Of a stretch of DNA of 64,000 nt, positions 63,715 through 64,000 are shown in pieces. Under the pieces are notes generated by a model. That model ran no database searches and was not told the DNA's origin. It worked only from the letters and a program-made list of their open reading frames with translations. The stretch is from Octopus vulgaris. Its lineage: Eukaryota. The stretch lies in assembly GCA_951406725.2 (NCBI GenBank), contig OX597832.1, forward strand, positions 5,270,001 through 5,334,000, in the 5' to 3' direction. Position numbers and translations under genes: made by a program. How positions within the stretch are numbered: the stretch's first letter is position 1; each line of letters starts with the position of its first letter.

Positions 63715-63928
63715 AGGCAGCTAGCGGAATCATTAGCATGTTGGTCAAAATGCTTAGTGGCATTTCATCTGTCTTTGCAATCTGAGTTCAAATCCTGTCA
63801 AGATTGATTTTGCCTTTCATCTTTTCAAGGTTGATAAAATAAGTAGCAGTTGAGCTCTGGGGTCAATGTAATTGACTTACTCCCTCCCTTGAAACTGCTG
63901 GCCTTATGCCAAAACTTGAAACCAATAT
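63715..63928 (+). mobile_element. Family B SINE, decayed
   Basis: Same motifs as the 61870 copy. Confidence 0.8.
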
Positions 63929-64000
63929 TATGCCATCCTTTTCTCTGGCATACTGTTGTCAGTTGTCTTGGGACTTGTCCCTGAAGTATTGAGCATCTGG

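Overview
This is AT-rich eukaryotic (animal) DNA. The SINE and RTE-tail repertoire (tRNA-headed SINEs ending GAAACAAGTAAAAGAG, Meta-like SINEs, (GAT)n RTE tails) points to an Octopus genome; this is pattern recognition, not a database result. Only one host coding exon is supported: 699-866 on the minus strand, the first coding exon of a SHANK/Prosap-type synaptic scaffold gene. The rest of that gene lies left of the window. Most of the window is probably its long 5'-UTR intron region, leading to a CpG-retaining, possibly bidirectional promoter at about 51.2-56.2 kb. The intron is filled with transposon material: dozens of SINEs, RTE, CR1-like and Rex1-like LINE remnants, Penelope-like (PLE) GIY-YIG and RT remnants, mariner and Tc1 fossils, hAT, piggyBac and pogo MITEs, and Helitrons. 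The most striking structure is a set of PLE-type hammerhead ribozyme motifs. One is a 212-bp-arm palindrome carrying an intact hammerhead on each strand (17015-17473), and a second family has a non-canonical CUGUCGA-A core. Tiny GGC-ended foldback insertions, one with a telomeric loop, cluster at the putative promoter. Most ORFs in the supplied track are spurious translations of repeats. There is no CRISPR array, rRNA gene or intact tRNA gene.
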